Shown: piece by piece, positions 57,221-64,000 of the stretch
Position numbering within the stretch: position 1 is the stretch's first letter
Layout of the letters: every line of letters begins with the position of its first letter
NCBI GenBank assembly: GCA_964016885.1
Contig: OZ024743.1
Span: 289,726,001-289,790,000, forward strand
DNA: 64,000 nucleotides
Direction of reading: 5' to 3'
Origin: Eledone cirrhosa
Lineage: Eukaryota
Position numbers and translations under genes: made by a program
Notes under the pieces: generated by a model
Database searches by the model: none
Told to the model about the DNA's origin: nothing
The model's input: the letters and a program-made list of their open reading frames with translations, nothing else

Positions 57221-58639
57221 TGAATTAATCAAAAGCTATAAGCGTCAAGTAATTTTTCCTTCTTGTTACAAACCATTGCATTAGAGCACAAGAAATAACT
57301 CTTTTCTTTAAAATATTTAATATCTTCTCGACACACAGAAAAAGAGGAACATATTAACATATTTCTTTTGCTATTTCCATCTTACTTTTTATTCTCATTG
57401 AAATAGCTTTCATGTATTATTATTTGTTATTTATTTTTCAGCTTCGCTTCGCTTTCACAGTTTCTATGAGATGGTGTTTGTGGTTGTGTGCTTTATATTC
57501 TTTGTATGTCTTTCTTAAAAGAAATAATGGACTCTTGGAAATCAGTTTCATAAAAAAGTATTAGACGAAATGGAGAGCAGAATAAAATCCGAATAAAAAG
57601 TTTCTTTTGATGGTCTGCTATTTGAAAGAGCAAAACCGTGTAAGAATTTAATTCTATTTGTCCTATTTTTTTTCATTAAGGTCAGTTGAAAGAAGTATCA
57701 AATGCGTTGAATCCAAATAATATATACAAAAATGAAGTAAAGTAAAATATTTTAAATGATAAATAAGGGAAATAAAACAAAAAAAAAGAAAGCTCAAAAT
57801 GGATATAATTTTAGTTTTTCCCTAACTTTTTGCTGTAAGCCATAACAAAAATAAAGAATTCAATCAAAATACAATATAAAACATTGCAAAATTACAGAAA
57901 TGATCTATTAATAAAAGATAATGAAAACTAATAAAATAATAAAATGCATGAATTAAGATGAATTAAACATGATTCAAATTATTGTATTTTTCTAAAATAA
58001 CAAATTTTCGAGAAAAAAAAACAAAAAAACATATAAGCTATGAAATAAACTCTTTAAGTTTAGTACCCTCTCATGTTATTTTTAAGTCATCAATCTATGC
58101 AGGGGAGCAAAGACCAGACAAGATCAGAATACAACACGTTTAGAAATTTTAAAATGTTGATGTGGTTTTAATGAAAAACATTGTTTTAAGTTACATTACA
58201 CAGACGATTTTTTTTTATTTTATAAAGTGAAAAATGAAATTAAGATTAAGTTCACTGGTTTATATTTTCAAGTAATAAAATTCAATTTCATTTTGAAACT
58301 TAATATTCAAAATCACACCTCGGAATACTGTCTGATTGTGGGTGAACGTTTTAAACATATGTTTGTGTACGTATGCGATTTTAAAGGTATATATTTCATA
58401 TATGTGCCTGGCGTAGGTATATTTGATTCAAGCGGAGTGTCTACAACGAGTGTGGGATATAGAAAGGAAGTGTGCTTGTAGTATATTTAAATGTGTGTAT
58501 ATTTGTCCATGCTCATTGTTTCTGTGACTTAACGTGACTTCTTTAGTTTATGCCTTGTAATATAATTAGGGAATATTGTGAAGTCTATGTTATGCTTCGC
58601 ATCTAGCATATAAGGTTTTAGTAGGTTTGAAGGCAGTGT

Positions 58640-59015
58640 AACACCGGCTCAGAGCAGGAGAGTTAAGGCGAAAAAGATATCGGATGCTGAGTTTGCAGAC
58701 GACATAGTTCTGGTGACAAACTCAGTGAAGGAGGCAGAGGATTTGATGCAGGTGGTGGAGACTGTGCTGAGGAGTGTGGGGCTGAGAATGAATGAGATTA
58801 AGAAGAAGTGTATGGTAGAGAATATTAAGAGATCAGAGAGGATTACTAATGTAGGCGGGAAGCCGCTAGAATTGGTTGACGACTTCCCGTGTTTGGGAGT
58901 GGGGATTGGGAATACGGGGGATGATGTAGTTGGGGGGAAGAGTGGGCCCTGGGTGGCGTACCGCAACTTGGAATCGGTGTGGGGATCAGACCTTCGTGGA
59001 GACCTGAAGACGTAC
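58640..59015 (+). pseudogene. LINE reverse transcriptase fragment (RTE-like)
   Basis: DAEFADDIVLVTNS…VGLRMNEIKKKCM…LELVDDFPCLG. Confidence 0.75.
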
Positions 59016-59362
59016 AGTAGTATGTATATATATATTAATTCGGGATGTTTGTTTACAAACACACCGAGCATTATAATAAATGTTCGGTGAATCCATACGT
59101 ACATATATATATGTGTGCATGTATGTATATATATACATACTATTGTACGTCTGTATACATATATGTATGTACGTGTACATACTTATATTTAAGTAACAGC
59201 CGTACTAAGAGTGAGAAATGAAATTTCGTTTCATTTTTTCCATTTATCGTTTTCTGTGCGCCCGGCCGATTAACTCACTCGATATGCAAATTAGGCTGCT
59301 CAGCCGTTAATATGCATAAAGTATATACTTTCAGACGTTTAATCATCTGGCAGGAAGGTATA

Positions 59363-59403
59363 CGGTGCTGACGATAGCTAATAAGCTTGAAACTAGTACA
59401 TCG
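59363..59403 (+). ncRNA. Minimal hammerhead motif
   Basis: Stem I cggtg/catcg; CUGACGA; agc-taataa-gct; GAAAC-ta-GUA (palindromic actagt). Confidence 0.8.
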
Positions 59404-59548
59404 TTCCTTTATCAGTGTTGAACAAAAGGGCAACGATGGTTGCTAAACACTGTAAGGCTTTATACGGGATGTTTGTTTACAAACAAACCGAGCATTATAA
59501 TAAATACTCGGTAAATCCATACGTACATATATTGCTCTTCTTTGCCAC

Positions 59549-61030
59549 GCATATGAAGAAATAAAAGGCAATAAAATGAAGAAAATAGAAAATGAAAATA
59601 AGATAATATAAGCAAATAATTAAACAAAAAAAATGAGTAAATGGTAGAAGGAATAAGATGATAAAAGAATAAAATAAGATAATCAAATAAAATGTGTGTG
59701 TGTGTTATAATAAATCTCAAAGTTAGAAAGATTTGTAAGATCTACTCCTCCCATTGGTCAGTTGTGAGAGCATTCCTCAGTCAAAAGTCTATAGAAATTC
59801 TTTCTGGGGTGAGGCGATCTGTAGTGTTTGTTTTTGCTATTGTTAAGTACATCTGACCGTACCCTTATTTAGGTAGTGGTGCTGGTGCTGCGGTCAGACT
59901 AGGTCTTGCTGCTGATGATTTTAGAAGGATATGTGTGTGTGTTGGCATCCATCCTGCCACCATTTCTCGTGGTGGTGGTGGTGGTGGTGGGGGGGGGGGG
60001 TTGTGCTATGCATATGAAGAAATAAAAGGCAATACAATTTTATTGCCTTTTATTTCTTCATATGCATGGCACAACCCCCCCCCCCCCCACCACCACGAGA
60101 AATGGTGGCAGGATGGATGCCAACACACACACATATCCTTCTAAATTATCAGCAGCAAGACCTAGGCTGACCGCAGCACCAACACCACTACCAAAATAAG
60201 GGTAACGGTCAGATATAATTAACAATAGCAAAAATAAACACTACAGATCGCCTCACCCCAGAAAGAATTTCTATAGACTTTTGACTGAGGAATGCTCTCA
60301 CAACTGACCAATGGGAGGAGTGGATCTTACAAATCTTTCTAACTTTGAGATTTATTATAACACACACACATTTTATTTGATTATCTTATTTTATTCTTTT
60401 ATCATCTTATTCCTTCTACCATTTACTCATTTTTTTTGTTTAATTATTTGCTTATATTATCTTATTTTCATTTTCTATTTTCTTCATGTTATTGCCTTTT
60501 ATTTCTTCATATGCTTGGCACCCCCTCCACGAGAAATGGTGGCAGAATAGATGCCAACACACACACACACAGATCCATCTAAAATCAGCAGCAGCTGGAA
60601 TTAAGCTGACTCCGACACCAACACCACTAACAACATAAAAATAGAGGTCAGATGTACTTAATAACAAAGACAAACACTACAGATTGCCTCGCCTCAGAAC
60701 GAATTTCTATAGACTTTTGACTGAGGAATGTTCTCACAACTGACCAATGGGAGGAGAAGATGTCCTTTGACGCTGAAATTCGTTTGTTTAAATTCATATG
60801 ATTCCAGTTCCTCAGTGAAATAACAACCCTACAAGGAACTGGGCATATCAGAGTATTGACAAAGTTAAACACCTCAACAACATGTGTACTCGTCTTTACT
60901 ACACTAATTCGGACTGCCTGAAGAGGTCACAGCCAAAGATGGCTGTCACCGAAATATATATAGCAGTAATAAACGAAGCCACATTTTAAATATTTGACTT
61001 ATCTATTTTAGTTTATTTTAGTTTATTTTA
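59549..61030. mobile_element. Element with ~480-bp inverted arms (59549-60033 and 60041-60514), a partial tandem copy (60490-60760) and a 3' hammerhead
   Basis: Direct comparison; ends at (TA)n near 61030. Confidence 0.85.
60913..60967 (+). ncRNA. Minimal hammerhead motif
   Basis: Stem I actgc/gcagt; CUGAAGA; stem II ggt-c-acagcca/tggctgt-c-acc; GAAA-tatat-AUA. Confidence 0.82.
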
Positions 61031-61286
61031 TATATAAATATATATATATATATATATGTAGATAAATCTTCCAAAATATACGGTAGTGTCCAATCCGTAT
61101 GAAGAACTCAATGTAATCCAAATATAGAAGATATCATGTATATTTCCTCTGATAATTTGTAATATTTTTACCTAGATCTATATGATATACATACCAACAC
61201 ACATATACATTCCAGAAACGATCGTAAAATGATGATTTTTTTAATATAAGGAACTTGTTCTTTGTTTTTATTTCATTGTTTTATTA

Positions 61287-61330
<44 letters not shown>

Positions 61331-61361
61331 GTACATGCTTATATATATACATATGTATATG

Positions 61362-61409
<48 letters not shown>

Positions 61410-61414
61410 CATAA

Positions 61415-61446
<32 letters not shown>

Positions 61447-62179
61447 CTATTTATGTAGGTGGGTGCGCTTTGACTGTTTGTGTGTGTGTATCCGTACGTT
61501 TGAGGCTTTTGTGTGTATCTTCATCTACATGTATTGATTTCTATGTGTTACGAACGTCTACAGAGCTAATACTGTTATGTTCTATGCTGTGGTTTCCAGC
61601 TGCGTATGAAACGTTGGAATATTAGAGATGTTTACAAGTTTGAGATCTTCATTATATTTGTTTTTTTAAGATGAATACAAAAATAGCATCTATGATTTCT
61701 CGAAACATCTGATAGTCTAGAATATGTACTAGATCACAAGCGAATATCATATATATGACATTTCTAACCTCATGAAATTCTACAGAAATACATGCCTTTA
61801 AAATATTTTCAGCTTATTGATATATAATTATATTTAGCCGTAATAGAGAAGTTCAACTGGAACAACGTTGACTATAGTTACTGAAATATGATTTAGTAAT
61901 TTTCGTCTGATTACTAATTTCAAAATTTATAATGGAGACGTTGGCGTGCCATCTTGGACAAGACAAAGAATGAATCGAGACCAGTACCAGATAAATACTT
62001 TACTTATCGACTCCGAATGGATGGGAGGCATCGGTAGGATTAAAACTTAGAATGGTGAGGGACGGAGAGAATATTGCAATGTAGTTAATTTCAATGTTTC
62101 GACATAAAAACGATTAGAATCAAAACATTTCATGGAGTAAATAGCTGTACTGTGGCATGAAATGAAGTGTCTGAATATA

Positions 62180-63190
62180 TATATATCAACTAGAAATTGA
62201 TATATATATCCAAAATAAACAAATGAAACAATCACAGGGGATAATTTGTAAAGTCTGTAAGCACACACAGCTAGGTAGGTAACTAATTAAAGTTTAACTA
62301 GAACTTCACATATTGATACCTTTTAAAATGATTAATCTTCCTTGGACATATTTCATTAAATTCGGATCTTCAGCAAGTAGTTAAATTTCGAATCTTCAGC
62401 AAGGGAGAAGATTTAACTATCTGTGTTTACACATCAAATGCAAATCTGTGAATGACCCGTCGCACGTGTTGTATTTTTAAAACTACACACATCGTACGTG
62501 TGATCGTGTCATGTGTTTAATTTATATATATATATATGTCAATCAATTTCTAATTGATATAAAATGCTCAGATCTATTCATTGGAATCTTTGTGCTTATT
62601 TTGGATATGGCGCATGTCTCGGACATGACTCCCTTAATTTAATTTTGGATATATATACGGCCCCTTAATTGTAGAGCTAACTCAGTTGAAAGGACTCGGC
62701 TGCTATTTCTAGCTGTCGATAATCCTATTCATGACACTGGGATGACGCTGGTACGATGTGTGTAGTTTTAAAATTGCAATACGTGCGACGGGTCATTCGC
62801 AGATTCGCATTTGCTGTGTAAACACAGATAGTTAAATTTTCTCCCTTGCTGAAGATCTAGGATTTGACTACTGTGAGTTTACGGATTAATGGTGAAATAT
62901 ATTTCTTTAATGAAATATGTACAAGGAAGATTAATCATTTTAAAAGGTATCTATATTTGAAGTTCTAGTTAAACTTTAATTAGTTACATAGCTAGCTGTG
63001 TATTCTTACACACTTTACAAATTATCCCTTGTGAGTGTTTCATGTGGTTATTTTGGATATATATATATATATCAATCAATTTCTAGTTGATATAAAATGC
63101 TCGGATGTATTCATTGGAATCTTTGAGCTTATTCTACGGTGGATATGGCGCATGTCTTGGACATGACTCCCTTAATTTAATTTTGGATAT
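62180..63190. mobile_element. Inverted-repeat element (about 62180-62497 vs 62751-63093) with hammerheads on both arms
   Basis: Plus strand ccttg CUGAAGA … GAAA tat GUA caagg at 62844-62926; minus-strand copy with a GUC triplet at 62341-62377. Related pieces lie at 25190-25380. Confidence 0.8.
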
Positions 63191-64000
63191 ATATATATAT
63201 ATACATATATATTAGAAATTTAAGTTTTTTTAACAAAATGAAAAATAACCGAGGTGTCCTACACGAGTGAAAGTATAAGGAAAAATGATGAAATCGAAAA
63301 TGCAACTGGAGTCTTTTTTTTTAAAAATATATATTTATTTAGTTCCTTTAACGGTTTCGCAGTTCTTCTGCTTTTCAAAAGTAAAATTGAGATGGAGGGT
63401 TTGTGGCTTTTCTCACACCTGGTTGGTCTTTGAATGTTACTTCTGTTTCATATGTAAAAAAGTGGGTGGAAATGCGAGGTTTTTAGAGAAGTAATTTGAT
63501 AGGTTGGTGAATAAGTATAATAAATTTCGCGCTAGTTCGCGTTACACAGTTCTTATTATATTTGCCTTCAAACAAGGGGGGAGGGGGAGGGGGGAGGGGC
63601 TCAGATTGTTTTTTCATATATGAGTGAAGTTTGTTTGGTTGATGCAGTCACGTGAATAAGCACATCATCTTTCCCGCCAGTTTGTGTTTGAATTTCATTT
63701 TACTTTAAAAAAGGGTTGCTCACGAAGGCTTTTCTTTAATAAATGTAATTTGACTGTTTATAAATGAAATTATGACTGGTACGTGAACAAGTACATTCAA
63801 TTTCGCACCCGTATTTTGGAATTTATTGTGTAGCCTTTTAGAAAACTTTTTTACCAAACAAAAGATAATGGTCAAGAAAAATGGGATGAGGAGAATTGTT
63901 CTGGTTCTGTGAATATGGCTGATGCGATGGGGTTTCAGAATCCAGACTTTCTATTGAAATAAAGAAAGTAGAGATATGTATGTTTATTTGTGTGCTTGTG

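Noticed and set aside
63577-63660. G-rich tract and CACGTG as a promoter
   Set aside because: No associated gene or other support in the window.

Overview
This is animal (eukaryotic) genomic DNA, AT-rich and dense in microsatellites. It is most likely from an octopod cephalopod, inferred from the characteristic tRNA-derived SINE families. I found no host protein-coding gene. Positions 1-19 kb are a pile-up of non-LTR retrotransposons at (TAA)n tracts: L1/Tx1-clade elements on the minus strand (one near-intact, 13019-19031) interleaved with R4/Dong-like restriction-like-endonuclease (RLE) elements on the plus strand. A third Tx1-like element (35-40.8 kb) ends in (TA)n. The rest is (TA)n/(CA)n-rich DNA holding Penelope-like GIY-YIG fragments, CRE-like and RTE-like fragments and SINEs. 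It also holds about a dozen minimal hammerhead-ribozyme motifs in short (TA)n-anchored elements with inverted or tandem architecture. Most notable: (1) the hammerhead mini-element population; (2) a 5' splice-site consensus conserved 37-40 nt upstream of the ORF2 ATG in four divergent Tx1 families; (3) evidence that Tx1, Dong and a SINE all use (TAA)n targets with strand-specific polarity. All calls were made by eye, without database searches or folding software.
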